NCBI GenBank assembly: GCA_963666485.2 | Contig: CAXXUO010000001.1 | Coordinates: forward strand, 576,001 to 640,000 | From: Syntrophorhabdaceae bacterium | Lineage (GTDB): Bacteria > Desulfobacterota > Syntrophorhabdia > Syntrophorhabdales > Syntrophorhabdaceae | Direction: 5' to 3' | Length of the DNA stretch: 64,000 bases | Shown here: positions 27,927 through 37,789 of the stretch, piece by piece | How positions within the stretch are numbered: position 1 is the stretch's first letter | How the letters are laid out: each line of letters opens with the position of its first letter | Made by a program: the position numbers and the translations under genes | Notes under the pieces: generated by a model | Told to the model about the DNA's origin: nothing | Databases searched by the model: none | What the model saw: the letters and a program-made list of their open reading frames with translations, nothing else

Positions 27927-29290
27927 GTCTTGTATCTCCTTAGCGCCTCGGCCATGAAAACCGTGCCCTCGATCGTATCGGAAACGGGCACGCCGTTCAG
28001 TTCGAACCCCTCGATCAGCATGCCGTATTTTTCAACGTGGGGGACATAGGCAAGAAGGGGTTTGCCCTCCTGCCTGTAGACCTGGCTCAACCGCGCGCCA
28101 AGGTCCATGGATATGCCCGGTGCGTAGGGAAGAAGAAGGATGATGATGGAATCATATTCGGGCCTCCTGCTCAGGTACCGCACCGTCTCCACGACGTCGT
28201 CGTCAATAACGCTTCCCGTCAGGTCGACGGGGTTCTTGAGGGACGCAATATCCCGGACGCCGGCCGACAGCTTTGTCTTCAACTCATCCTGCGCCTCTTT
28301 CACGAGGCCCGGCACCGAAAGGTCCACAACCGAACAGACATCCACTGCGAGCACGCCATGTCCTCCGCTGCCCGTCACTATGGCAACATTCTTTCCGGCG
28401 GATCTCGGATAACAGCCGAGGGCCTCGCAATAGTACACCATGTGGAGGTGGCTCCTGGCTTCCACGATGCCAAACTGGGTAAGGACGGACGAGAAGGTCT
28501 CGTAATCGCCTGCAAGGGAGGCCGTATGGCTTGAAATAGCCTTGCCTGCCTCGGGGCTCTTGCCGGATTTCAGAACGATCACGGGCTTCTGACATTCTTG
28601 CGCGGCCGTCACGAACTCCCTGCCCTCATTCTCCCCAAACCCCTCCAGGTAAAAAGCAATGACCCCGGTCTCGGGATCGTTGGCAAAGAACCGCAGGAGC
28701 TCGGTCTCCCGGATAACAGCCTTGTTCCCGATGCTGATGGCCCTGGCGAGACCCACATGCTCCTGGGAGAATTTTATCATCTGGTCGACGAGGATCCCGC
28801 CGCTCTGGCTGATGAACGTTATATTCCCCGGGCCCGGCTTCACGATCCGTTCGTTTGCGAGGAAAAACGTGTCCACAAAGGAGGGGCAGTAGATACCGAG
28901 GCAATTGGGACCGATGAACGGGAAGTTGGCATCCGCGGCTATGTGCGTTATCCTGTCCTGGAGGTCGTTTCGGCCTGCCTCCGAAAACCCCCCGGAGATT
29001 ATCACGGCCCCCTTCACTTTCTTTTCAATGCACTTCGTCAGCATGTCCGGCACGCGTTCCGCGCGGACAGCGATAACGGCAAGGTCTATATCCGCGGGCA
29101 CCTCGGCGATGTCCGGGTAGATCGGCTCCCCCTGAAAAATCCCGCCGCCGTGAGGATTGACGGGAAAGACCCGGACAGGATAGTTGAGGTGGTTCTTGTT
29201 GTATATTATGTTTGCAGGGTGCCGGTCATCTGCGGAAGATACTCCGATAACTGCCATGGTCTGCGGCTTGAACAAAGGTAAAAGGTCCAT
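27920..29290 (-). CDS. ADP-forming acyl(acetyl)-CoA synthetase alpha subunit (CoA-binding)
   Basis: AVIGVS, IISGGFSE, IGPNCLG, SQSGG, SIGNK, SHTASLAG (phospho-His), NPVDLTG. Confidence 0.92.
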   Translation of the reverse strand: MDLLPLFKPQTMAVIGVSSADDRHPANIIYNKNHLNYPVRVFPVNPHGGGIFQGEPIYPDIAEVPADIDLAVIAVRAERVPDMLTKCIEKKVKGAVIISGGFSEAGRNDLQDRITHIAADANFPFIGPNCLGIYCPSFVDTFFLANERIVKPGPGNITFISQSGGILVDQMIKFSQEHVGLARAISIGNKAVIRETELLRFFANDPETGVIAFYLEGFGENEGREFVTAAQECQKPVIVLKSGKSPEAGKAISSHTASLAGDYETFSSVLTQFGIVEARSHLHMVYYCEALGCYPRSAGKNVAIVTGSGGHGVLAVDVCSVVDLSVPGLVKEAQDELKTKLSAGVRDIASLKNPVDLTGSVIDDDVVETVRYLSRRPEYDSIIILLLPYAPGISMDLGARLSQVYRQEGKPLLAYVPHVEKYGMLIEGFELNGVPVSDTIEGTVFMAEALRRYKTC

Positions 29291-29318
29291 GCATCCCTCC
29301 CCTTGAATGGCTTCTCAT

Positions 29319-29348
29319 ATTCTGTCAGCGTATGCGGATTCTTGTCAA
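29319..29348 (-). promoter_or_regulatory. Candidate sigma-70 promoter of the acyl-CoA synthetase genes
   Basis: Minus strand TTGACA-N18-CAGAAT with an extended TG. Confidence 0.4.
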
Positions 29349-29354
29349 TAAAAA

Positions 29355-29452
29355 CGGTTCAAGGTTCAAGGTTGAAAGTTGAAAAGCCACCTTATAATTC
29401 GGGGAATCTTTTCGCGTACAACCTTGAACTTTGAACCTTGAACTTTGAACCG
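29355..29452. repeat. Inverted pair of heptanucleotide tandem arrays
   Basis: Left arm (GGTTCAA)2 GGTTGAA AGTTGAA; right arm CAACC (TTGAACT TTGAACC)2 G; the arms are mutually complementary. Confidence 0.85.
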
Positions 29453-29464
29453 CTAAAAAGGATT

Positions 29465-29875
29465 TTATGACATGATTCGCCGAACCAAATCGCCTATGTT
29501 CCACACGAGCTGCCCCACCCCCTTATTTACATACAGCCCGATCTGCGCGATCAGGGAATAGGCGATACCGAACTGCGCAAGCGCATAAAGCGCGATGGTG
29601 AATTGGCCCAGGCTGAAGACGCCCAGGCCGAACTGTGAAATATTGACGATGCCGATCCCGAACTGCCCGATCGAGATTATCCCTTTGGCGGGCACGGGCC
29701 ATGGCCGGTATTTGAACGAGATGTGCACGAGGGGCAGCCCCATGACGGTCGCATCGCTCTTGTACTCAAACCCCCAGCCGTCCCATATTTCCCGGGCAGG
29801 ATAAAGGGCGCCGCAATTGGGGCAGGCAAAGGCCTGTTCACTCACCTCGTGCTGACACTCTCTGCATCTGTTCAT
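29465..29875 (-). CDS. Zinc-ribbon protein with a Gly-rich xGQFGxG repeat tail
   Basis: CRECQHEVSEQAFACPNCG; GLPLVHI; IGQFGIG, ISQFGLG, LGQF, LAQFG repeats. Confidence 0.8.
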   Translation of the reverse strand: MNRCRECQHEVSEQAFACPNCGALYPAREIWDGWGFEYKSDATVMGLPLVHISFKYRPWPVPAKGIISIGQFGIGIVNISQFGLGVFSLGQFTIALYALAQFGIAYSLIAQIGLYVNKGVGQLVWNIGDLVRRIMS

Positions 29876-29901
29876 GTGTACTGTCCCGCCACCTGGAACT
29901 A

Positions 29902-30630
29902 TCATTTTGGTTTAAAGATGACCAGTTTAAATTTAAGGCCGTGCTCGCCTGCAATGGTCTTTATCGCCTCGCGCAGCTTACCGTATTCGAAGCCATACTT
30001 GCCGCCGAACAAAAGGTCCCTGTGCACCGTTTTTGTCACCTCCAGCCCTTTTTGAACGGTCTTTTCACTGAAGAACCCGCTCGACGAACCCGAGGAGGTT
30101 TCCACCATCTTTTCCCAGAAGGTCAACTGCTTTTTGTCTGCCTCCAGCTGAGCTATGGCGTCGTACTGCACCCTGGCTTTCTGTATGGGTGACTGTGCCC
30201 CCGTTTGCGACGAAAATTCAAAACGTCCCGGCTGCACCTCTTTCACGGAAAGAAATTCGCTGGCCAATCCAAGGAATTCCCGGCCGATAGATGGTCTCTC
30301 CGGCGTGACCGGGGATACGTTTTGCGATAAAGGCTTTCCGCAATTCGCACAAAAGACTGCCGCAGGCGGCAGTTTGGACCCGCAGGCAGAGCATGTTTTT
30401 TCACTCTCGCCTTCTGTCTGCGTCTTCTGGCCCTCAAGGCGCGTTCCGCAATTCGTGCAGAAAACTGCATCGGAAGAAAATTCTTTTCCGCAGGACGGAC
30501 ATCTCAACGTGCCGACCTCCTCCGGGACCTTTTCTTCCTCCAGTTTGGTCCCGCAGTTCGTGCAGAAGATCGCATCAGGCGGGAACTCTTTATCGCACGC
30601 GGGGCATTTCTTGACGCCGTCATCTCTCAT
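29902..30630 (-). CDS. Protein with three tandem zinc-ribbon repeats and an unknown C-terminal domain
   Basis: Three CxxC-x10-CxxCG units (CPAC..FCTNCG, CPSC..FCTNCG, CSAC..FCANCG). Confidence 0.85.
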   Translation of the reverse strand: MRDDGVKKCPACDKEFPPDAIFCTNCGTKLEEEKVPEEVGTLRCPSCGKEFSSDAVFCTNCGTRLEGQKTQTEGESEKTCSACGSKLPPAAVFCANCGKPLSQNVSPVTPERPSIGREFLGLASEFLSVKEVQPGRFEFSSQTGAQSPIQKARVQYDAIAQLEADKKQLTFWEKMVETSSGSSSGFFSEKTVQKGLEVTKTVHRDLLFGGKYGFEYGKLREAIKTIAGEHGLKFKLVIFKPK

Positions 30631-30873
30631 ATCGTTTCCTCTCTCGCCAGGTTTCATTTCCCGCCGGAAAGCAGGATATTCATTTTATATCAGACGGCTC
30701 TGTTTCGCGTCAATGGAGGATTGGAGGGGATGAGTAGAGGATGGACGATAGGAAGACAACGGGTTACGGCCGGGCGATGGACAATACGCCATGGGAAATA
30801 ATGGCGCCCGCATTGAACAATTATTTTATGAGTGATATCAGAAGCTGCGGGGGACAGGAAACGGTATGATTGC

Positions 30874-31185
30874 CTATTGCCTGGTGCCTTTTTTATTGGG
30901 CTCGATCATCTGCCTGTCACGTTCAATTTGCTCACGCTGCTGCTCAAGCTCGAGCAGTTGCCGCTGGATCTCAAGCTGCTCTTCCTGGATCTTGAGCTGC
31001 TGCCGGCGTATCTCGAGCTGTTGCCGCTGCATCTCTACTTGCTGCTCGATCTGCCGCTGCCTGTACATTTCCCACGACAACGGCCTGTCTCCGCTTTGAT
31101 AAGGATCGACGGGCTGAGCCATGCCCCCTGTAGCGAGCATCACGGCAATAGCTGCGATAAAAAATGCTGGCACCGCTCGAACCAC
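30874..31185 (-). CDS. Small secreted Gln-rich coiled-coil protein
   Basis: GTG start after GGGAG; signal peptide; heptad QQLEIxR-type repeats. Confidence 0.65.
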   Translation of the reverse strand: MVRAVPAFFIAAIAVMLATGGMAQPVDPYQSGDRPLSWEMYRQRQIEQQVEMQRQQLEIRRQQLKIQEEQLEIQRQLLELEQQREQIERDRQMIEPNKKGTRQ

Positions 31186-31225
31186 GTCATCTCCCTGATG
31201 AACTATATTCGGGGCCCGAAAAATA

Positions 31226-31393
31226 TCAACGTTGATGCCGGTTTTCTTTACCCTTCCCGGGAACGCCCTCGCGCACTGTCGAGGCGGGCAATTTCCGGCT
31301 GCTGTAGAGAACCCGATTACAGCACGTTGCGATATAGCCGTAGCCAAACGGGATGATCTGCACGTCCCTGCCGCACGTCGTGCAGTGCACCAT
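31226..31393 (-). CDS. Small Cys-rich protein (55 aa), possible zinc ribbon
   Basis: MVHCTTCG..ATCC; purine-rich AGGATAGGGA upstream of the ATG. Confidence 0.55.
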   Translation of the reverse strand: MVHCTTCGRDVQIIPFGYGYIATCCNRVLYSSRKLPASTVREGVPGKGKENRHQR

Positions 31394-31670
31394 ATTGTCC
31401 CTATCCTGCGCTTGGCGCCGGGGATAGGACGTCGATGTCTGTCTTGTGTGCCGGCTCATTAAGCGACCTGTACCTATAGTGTAATAGTGCGGTACACTTC
31501 TGTCTGTCGCTCAACAGGCTATTTATTTGTAATATTATTCGACCACAGATTAACTGCTGAAAACCTCACCCCAACACACCCGGCAACCCCCGCTTCCCCT
31601 GAACTGCGAAATCATAGTAACATACAATTTCCGAAATTTCTCGTTGATTTACTATTGGATTATTATGGTG

Positions 31671-32129
31671 CTAATTCCCATACCCGGAAAATTGCGCCTT
31701 CATGGATGCAAGGCGCTGATCGACCAGGACGTTCATCAGCATCGCGATCCGGGGGTTTTGCAGGACCAGCGAATCGAAGTCCTCCTTCTTAAGGACCAGC
31801 ACCTTTGCAGCAGTAACGGCGATGACCGTTGCCGAGCGGGCAGCCCCGGTGAGAAGCGCCATCTCGCCAAAAATATCCCCGGCGCCAAGCCTGGCGATGG
31901 TGAGGTCGATACCGAGCTCGGGCTTCCTTTTCTTTATTTCGATCTCCCCCGAGCGTATTATGAACATGGTACTTCCCCGGGTCCCCTCGCGAAGGATCGT
32001 AACGCCGGCGGGATAGTCCCGGCCCGTCATATGCGCTGCAAGGTCCTCGAGGTCCTGATCCGATAATTCGCGAAAGATCCCGGTATTTTTAAGTGTTTCG
32101 ATCTTGTCCTTATTCTCTTCGTTGTCCAT
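31671..32129 (-). CDS. Stand-alone cyclic-nucleotide-binding domain protein
   Basis: ILREG..G..MFII.SG, GDIFGEMALL...RSATV. Confidence 0.9.
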   Translation of the reverse strand: MDNEENKDKIETLKNTGIFRELSDQDLEDLAAHMTGRDYPAGVTILREGTRGSTMFIIRSGEIEIKKRKPELGIDLTIARLGAGDIFGEMALLTGAARSATVIAVTAAKVLVLKKEDFDSLVLQNPRIAMLMNVLVDQRLASMKAQFSGYGN

Positions 32130-32330
32130 GAGATGGCTCCGGCTGCACGGATGCAGCAGTAAATCCCGGTCGATACCTGTTTCATTATAAAATTAACAGG
32201 AAAGAATGTTCAATATTTTAAAAAACTCCCATGTCCTGCACATCCGGCCCGGCCGGTGTCCCGGACGTGACGCCGGCAGGATGACCTTAAGCGGGTCGAC
32301 GTGTCAATCGGTCTATCCCCGCGATACGTT

Positions 32331-32359
32331 TTGAACTTTTTGAGAAATTGGTATATACT
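32331..32359 (+). promoter_or_regulatory. Sigma-70 promoter of cmk-ispH-rpsA
   Basis: TTGAAC-N17-TATACT. Confidence 0.55.
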
Positions 32360-32401
32360 TATTACTTGGCTTAAGGCTTTTTTGAGGCTGCGGGAAACAA
32401 C

Positions 32402-33076
32402 GTGACACTGAGAAAAAACACGATCATAACGATTGATGGTCCGAGCGGAGCCGGCAAAAGCACGATCGCAAAACTCCTGGCCTCTACTGCCGGCTACACG
32501 TACATTGATTCGGGCGCGATCTACCGCGGTGTGGCATATGCTTATAAGACGCGTAAAAACGGGGAATCCCTGGAAGAGTTCCTCCATGATCTTCCCCTCG
32601 CATTTCAGTTCGGTGCCGATACCCGCGTAACCCTATCGGGTAAAGACATCTCCGAAGAAATACGCAAACCTGACATTTCACTTCTCGCTTCCACCCTGTC
32701 GCAGCAAGCGCCGGTCCGGCAATACGCGAACCAGGTCCAGCGCAGCCTTGCGGCGGACAAAAATGCTGTACTCGAGGGAAGGGATACGGGAAGCGTCGTT
32801 TTCCCGGAGGCAGACATCAAATTTTACCTCGATGCGCGGCCCGACGAACGTGCAAGCCGGCGATACACCGAACTTGCATCGAAGGGTGATGACCAGGAAT
32901 TCGATAAAGTCCGGCGGGATATGGAAAAACGTGACGCAAACGATTCGACGCGATCGATAGCGCCGCTCGTCGTCCCGGATGGGGCGATCGTTATCGACAC
33001 GTCGGGAACCGGTATCACCGAGGTTTTACGCATCATACTCAGCCACATACACCAGAGGGAAGGCCAGGAGAAATGA
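32402..33076 (+). CDS. cmk: Cytidylate kinase
   Basis: IDGPSGAGKST, DSGAIYR, EGRDTGSVVFP, RDANDSTR. Confidence 0.96.
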   Translation: MTLRKNTIITIDGPSGAGKSTIAKLLASTAGYTYIDSGAIYRGVAYAYKTRKNGESLEEFLHDLPLAFQFGADTRVTLSGKDISEEIRKPDISLLASTLSQQAPVRQYANQVQRSLAADKNAVLEGRDTGSVVFPEADIKFYLDARPDERASRRYTELASKGDDQEFDKVRRDMEKRDANDSTRSIAPLVVPDGAIVIDTSGTGITEVLRIILSHIHQREGQEK

Positions 33077-33891
33077 ACGTCATAAAAACAAAGAATATCG
33101 GTTTTTGCTTCGGCGTAAAACGGGCTATCAAAATGGTGCTCAAGGCTGCGGAACAAGGCGATAAGGTCTTTACGATAGGCCCCATTATTCATAATCCCCA
33201 GATGGTCGAATTGCTGAAAGAAAAGGGGATCACTCCCGTCGATGACGTCTACCAGGTCAAAGAGGGTACGGTCGTGTTCCGCACGCACGGGATAAGAAAG
33301 GAAGAAGAGGAATATGTCCGCAAAAGCGGCCTGAAATCGATAGACACGACATGCCCGTTCGTAAAGAATGTCCGCAAGCATGCAAAGTACCTGGAGAGGA
33401 GCGGCTACCAGGTTGTTATTGTTGGGGATAAGAACCATCCCGAGGTCAAAAGCGTCTTGAGTTATTTGGATAATGATGGTATTGTACTACAAGAACCAAC
33501 AACATTGACTGCCAAAAAGGTGGGAGTTGTCAGTCAAACGACCCTCGATAAAGGGACGTTCGTTTCGATTGTAAAGGAGCTTATCGCGGGAGTCGAAGAG
33601 CTCAGGATATACAATACGATCTGCGAAAGCACGCAGATACGGCAAAACGAAGCGATTGAATTATCGGGCGAAGTCGACATGATGCTGGTGGTGGGGGGAA
33701 AGAACAGTTCAAACTGCACGAAGCTTTACAAGGTCGTTCATAAAGTCCAGCCGAATACCCATCATATTGAAACCGTCGATGACCTTCGTCCGGAATGGTT
33801 TGCGAACGTATCACGTATAGGTTTAACGGGCGGGGCATCAACACCCGACCTTATCATAGATATTGTTGAAGGCCGCGTAAAAAATTTCTAG
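33073..33891 (+). CDS. ispH: 4-hydroxy-3-methylbut-2-enyl diphosphate reductase
   Basis: GFCFGVKRA, IIHN, DTTCPFV, HPEV, SQTT, NTIC..T..RQ, TGGASTP. Confidence 0.97.
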   Translation: MNVIKTKNIGFCFGVKRAIKMVLKAAEQGDKVFTIGPIIHNPQMVELLKEKGITPVDDVYQVKEGTVVFRTHGIRKEEEEYVRKSGLKSIDTTCPFVKNVRKHAKYLERSGYQVVIVGDKNHPEVKSVLSYLDNDGIVLQEPTTLTAKKVGVVSQTTLDKGTFVSIVKELIAGVEELRIYNTICESTQIRQNEAIELSGEVDMMLVVGGKNSSNCTKLYKVVHKVQPNTHHIETVDDLRPEWFANVSRIGLTGGASTPDLIIDIVEGRVKNF

Positions 33892-33901
33892 GGGGCACAC
33901 C

Positions 33902-35617
33902 ATGATGGTGGAAGATTCCGCGACACCAAAAGACAACACACAGGAGGACATGCAGACATTATACGAAACGTCGATGAAAAGCCTCCAGGAAGGCAACATA
34001 CTGACGGGCAAGGTAATAAATATCGCGGGCGATTCTGTCATTATCGATGTTGGCCTGAAATCCGAAGGAATAGTACCGCTGCACGAATTTTCACCGCGTG
34101 AGGGCAGTGAGCACCCCGTAAGCGTCGACGATGAGGTAGAGGTCATGATCGTCGGCCGCGAGAAAGAATCGGGGCTCCTGAGATTGTCGAAAAAACGCGT
34201 CGATGAGATAAAGACGTGGGAAAAGATAGACAAGTCTCTTGAAGACGGGTCGCCCCTCGAAGGGCATATCGTCTCGGAAGTAAAGGGCGGGTTCATCGTC
34301 GACGTCGGGATCAACGCCTTCCTTCCCCTGTCCCAGGTTGATATAAAACCGGTCAAGAACCCGGCGTCGTTCGTCGGGCGCTCCCTCAAGTTCAAGGTGA
34401 TAAAGTCTAACCGGAGAAAAGGCAGCATCATCCTGTCGCGGCGGGTCCTTCTTGAGGAAGAGCGCGACAAGAAGAGGCAGGAGTTCTGGAAGAACGTCAA
34501 AGACGGCCAGATCATCTACGGTTTTGTCAGGAACATAACCGACTACGGTGCATTCGTCGACCTTGGCGGCGTGGACGGCTTCCTCCACATCAATGACATA
34601 ACCTGGGGAAAGATCACGCACCCCAAGGAATATTTAAGGATAGGGGACGAGGTCAAGGTCAAGATCATAGCGATCGACACGGAAAAAGGCCGTGTTTCCA
34701 TCGGTATGAAACAGCTGAAGACGGACCCGTGGCTGAAGATCGACGAAAAATACCCTCCCGGGACAAGGGTCAAAGGCAAGGTTGTCGGGATCGTGGAATA
34801 CGGCGCATTCGTTGAGCTGGAACAGGGCCTCGAAGGGCTTCTCCATGTCAGTGAAATGAGCTGGGACAAGAAATTCAAGAACCCGTCAAAAATGGTCAAC
34901 AAGGGCGACGCACTCGACCTTGTCGTGCTCAAGATCGACTTCGACAAGAAACGTATATCCCTTGGCTTGAAGCAGCTGGCCCCCGATCCGTGGGACGAAC
35001 TTGAAGCGAACTATCCCCCTGGATCGATCGTGAAGGGCAAGGTGAAGAACTTCACCGAATTCGGTATGTTCGTCGGCATCGGGAACGGTATCGACGGCCT
35101 TGTGCACATGTCCGAGCTTTCATGGTCGCGAAGAAAGAAGACCTCGCAGGAACAGCTCAAGAAAGGCATGGCGATAGACGCACTCGTACTCAATATCGAC
35201 AAGGGGCAGAAGAAATTTTCGTTAAGCTTGAAACGCCTTAAAGAAGACCCCTGGAAGGGTGTTTCCAATCGCTATTCCGTGGGAGACGTCATCGAGGGGC
35301 ACATTACCAGTATCACCGATTTCGGGGTTTTCGTAGAGATCGAAGAAGGGGTTGAAGGCCTCATTCACGTGTCCGAAATGGATGAGCTGCAGGGGAAACA
35401 GCCGTCCGAGGTATTCAAGCTCGACGATACGATACAGGCGGCCATCCTGAACATTGATGAAAAAGACAAGAGAATAGCGCTGAGCACGAAGGTACTGAGA
35501 AAGAGGGAAACCAAGACGGTATCCGAGGTCCGCGAAGAAACCGGCGGCGCGTTTTCTACTCTTGGCGATATCCTCGAACCGGCAATGAAGAAGAACAGCG
35601 AAAACGACGAATCATAA
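33902..35617 (+). CDS. rpsA: 30S ribosomal protein S1
   Basis: Six S1 repeats ([44 protein letters not shown]). Confidence 0.97.
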   Translation: MMVEDSATPKDNTQEDMQTLYETSMKSLQEGNILTGKVINIAGDSVIIDVGLKSEGIVPLHEFSPREGSEHPVSVDDEVEVMIVGREKESGLLRLSKKRVDEIKTWEKIDKSLEDGSPLEGHIVSEVKGGFIVDVGINAFLPLSQVDIKPVKNPASFVGRSLKFKVIKSNRRKGSIILSRRVLLEEERDKKRQEFWKNVKDGQIIYGFVRNITDYGAFVDLGGVDGFLHINDITWGKITHPKEYLRIGDEVKVKIIAIDTEKGRVSIGMKQLKTDPWLKIDEKYPPGTRVKGKVVGIVEYGAFVELEQGLEGLLHVSEMSWDKKFKNPSKMVNKGDALDLVVLKIDFDKKRISLGLKQLAPDPWDELEANYPPGSIVKGKVKNFTEFGMFVGIGNGIDGLVHMSELSWSRRKKTSQEQLKKGMAIDALVLNIDKGQKKFSLSLKRLKEDPWKGVSNRYSVGDVIEGHITSITDFGVFVEIEEGVEGLIHVSEMDELQGKQPSEVFKLDDTIQAAILNIDEKDKRIALSTKVLRKRETKTVSEVREETGGAFSTLGDILEPAMKKNSENDES

Positions 35618-35629
35618 AAGGAAAGAACC

Positions 35630-35812
35630 ATGCCCATCAGTCAGGACCTTATAGATATCCTGTGTTGCCCTAAATGTAAGGGAGATCTGACATTATCCTC
35701 CTCGCCCGAAGGGTTCGTGTGCGCGAAATGCGGGCTCCTTTACCCTGTACGGGACGGGATCCCCATCATGCTCACCTCGGAGGCAATTCCCGTAAAGCCG
35801 GAAAAGCCTTGA
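35630..35812 (+). CDS. Trm112/YcaR-family protein
   Basis: LIDILCCPKCKG.L...C..C.LLYPVRDGIPIML. Confidence 0.92.
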   Translation: MPISQDLIDILCCPKCKGDLTLSSSPEGFVCAKCGLLYPVRDGIPIMLTSEAIPVKPEKP

Positions 35813-35822
35813 AACAGGACAG

Positions 35823-36728
35823 GTGAACATCGATCTTTTCCTTATTGCCCTCATTAAATTACTGCAATACACCCTGCGGGCCCTGCCGGAAAGCATGCAG
35901 GCCGCCACGGGGCGCCTCTTTGGCTCCCTGGGATACGCGATCCTCAGGAACCGCCGCAACATAGCGATCGCCAATATACAGCGGGCCTTCCCCGACCATA
36001 CGCGGGACGATGCCGTCAGGATCGCCCGGGGCTTTTTCAAAAACCTCGGCACGAACATGATCGAACTGCTCATGGCACCCTTTGTCCCCGAGGCCGAGGT
36101 ATCCCAAAGGTTTTCCTTCGAACCGAAGGACATAGCGGAGCGGACCTTAGGCTCGGGGCGCGGCGTCATCGCGCTCACATTTCACTATGGAAACTGGGAG
36201 ATCCTGGGGATCACGTCGAAGCTGCTCAATCAGCCCGTCGTCGCGCTCGCGCGCCCCTTGAAGAAGCACGCCCGCCTGAATGCCTTCCTCAACAGCCTCC
36301 GCGAATCGACAGGCCTCACGATAATTGTAAACGAGAACACGGCCAAAGAGGTCCTGCGGCTCCTCAAGCGGAACGCCATCATCGCCATTCTCGCCGACCA
36401 GCGCGAAAAGCGCTCCCGCGGAGTGATGGTCGATTTCTTCGGCCACAAGGTCCCGACATCCAAGGGCACCGCAATGATCGGCATGAAGACAGGATGCCTC
36501 GTCGTCCCCTGTTATGCGGTGCGCAAAGGCTTCCTTCGCTACACCATCATGTGCGGCGAACCGATCGTCATGGAACGCGAAGGTGACATCGAAGAGCTCA
36601 TTGCGAAGAACACGCGTAAGATAAACGCTTTCCTTGAAGACATAATCCGCAAGCACCCCGAAGAATGGTTCTGGGTCCACCAGAGATGGGGCCGCCCGAA
36701 CAGAAAACACAGACAGCACCGCTCCTAA
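35823..36728 (+). CDS. lpxL: Lipid A late acyltransferase (LpxL/HtrB family)
   Basis: HYGNWE, LADQ, VDFFG, IRKHPEEWFWVHQRW. Confidence 0.88.
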   Translation: MNIDLFLIALIKLLQYTLRALPESMQAATGRLFGSLGYAILRNRRNIAIANIQRAFPDHTRDDAVRIARGFFKNLGTNMIELLMAPFVPEAEVSQRFSFEPKDIAERTLGSGRGVIALTFHYGNWEILGITSKLLNQPVVALARPLKKHARLNAFLNSLRESTGLTIIVNENTAKEVLRLLKRNAIIAILADQREKRSRGVMVDFFGHKVPTSKGTAMIGMKTGCLVVPCYAVRKGFLRYTIMCGEPIVMEREGDIEELIAKNTRKINAFLEDIIRKHPEEWFWVHQRWGRPNRKHRQHRS

Positions 36729-36743
36729 CGTCCAACTTCTACC

Positions 36744-36945
36744 ATCGTCATTCCGGCTTGCCGGAATCCAGCGTCTTTTCTTTTTCTAACTTTTCAGGTT
36801 GCAATTTACTCGACCAATTGTTTTCCCTAAAATTATCTAAGGAGCTCTAGAGTTTAAAGACCGATATTTATATTGTAGTGGTTTCCCTGAATGATAAAGC
36901 AAAACAAAGACGCTGGATTCCGGCGCCAAGCGCCGGAATGACGAT
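36744..36945. repeat. REP-like palindrome doublet (REPIN/MITE-like), copy 1
   Basis: ATCGTCATTCCGGCTTGCCGGAATCCAGCGTCTTT ... AAAGACGCTGGATTCCGGCGCCAAGCGCCGGAATGACGAT; inverted arms around an AT-rich spacer. Confidence 0.85.
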
Positions 36946-36982
36946 TAGGCAATGGATAATTCGTCGCTATGTGCTTGTTATT

Positions 36983-37777
36983 CTATTTCCGGCTGTATAA
37001 TATCCTGTCGATGAGCCAGCCTATTTTTGATGACCTTTCTTGTTTCTCACGATCTTCCTGCATCCTGGATATGGTCTTTTCGCCGGAAAGGTGTTCGAAA
37101 GTGCGCAGGAAAATAAGGCGTTCCCTATCGTTGACCGGCGCTCCAAACTGGCTGCTGTATTTCCGCACGTGCCTGTCAAGGCGCCAAAACATTTTTATAT
37201 AATCTTCGGTATGCAGCTTTTTCCGATATGCCTTGTCGAAATCGAGAAACAGCAGGCGTGCTGAAAGGTGGACAAGCACGTTTTTCAGGTGAAGGTCCGG
37301 GTGATACACGCCGAGGTCCCCGAGCATAACAAAATAAATAGCCAGTTTTCGCGCCATCCGCAGCCGGTCGCGCTTCCCTGACGACCTGAAATATTCGACG
37401 AGATCACGGGCGTCGCCTTCGAAGTATGTTATAAAAAAAAGCTCGTTTGCGATGATGCCTGATCGCGAGATGTACCCGAAAGGTTTCACGACCGGGAAGC
37501 CCTGTTCTTCGAGATATGCCGTGACGTTCAATTCATCGGATGCGCGCTTCTCTCCCGGGAATGCACCTCTCGTTATGCCCCTCAGCCACCCCCCGTGCAG
37601 GTACTGCCTGACAACATATACCTTCCCGCCAAATTCGAAAACACCGGGAGCGCCTCGTCCCGCGTTCAGCCTGCGGTCCGGCTTCATGGCCCTTTCAACA
37701 AATCCCGCAGCATCATCGCACTGCCCACGGTAAACAAGACTGCAACGCCCCACCTTCTCCCGCTTAAATTTTGCCAT
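36983..37777 (-). CDS. Kdo/LPS kinase (KdkA/WaaP family)
   Basis: GRG, RQYLHGG, GVYHPDLHLKNVL, LDFDKA; convergent with lpxL. Confidence 0.82.
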   Translation of the reverse strand: MAKFKREKVGRCSLVYRGQCDDAAGFVERAMKPDRRLNAGRGAPGVFEFGGKVYVVRQYLHGGWLRGITRGAFPGEKRASDELNVTAYLEEQGFPVVKPFGYISRSGIIANELFFITYFEGDARDLVEYFRSSGKRDRLRMARKLAIYFVMLGDLGVYHPDLHLKNVLVHLSARLLFLDFDKAYRKKLHTEDYIKMFWRLDRHVRKYSSQFGAPVNDRERLIFLRTFEHLSGEKTISRMQEDREKQERSSKIGWLIDRILYSRK

Positions 37778-37789
37778 TCTTACCCACTA

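Noticed and set aside
30715..30760. Purine-rich GGAGGAT/AGAGGAT/GGACGAT quasi-repeats
   Set aside because: Too degenerate to call a tandem array
30866..31099. Cys/Ser-rich 77-aa ORF on the + strand (metallothionein-like appearance)
   Set aside because: Antisense shadow of the CAG-rich Gln coiled-coil gene, which has the signal peptide and SD
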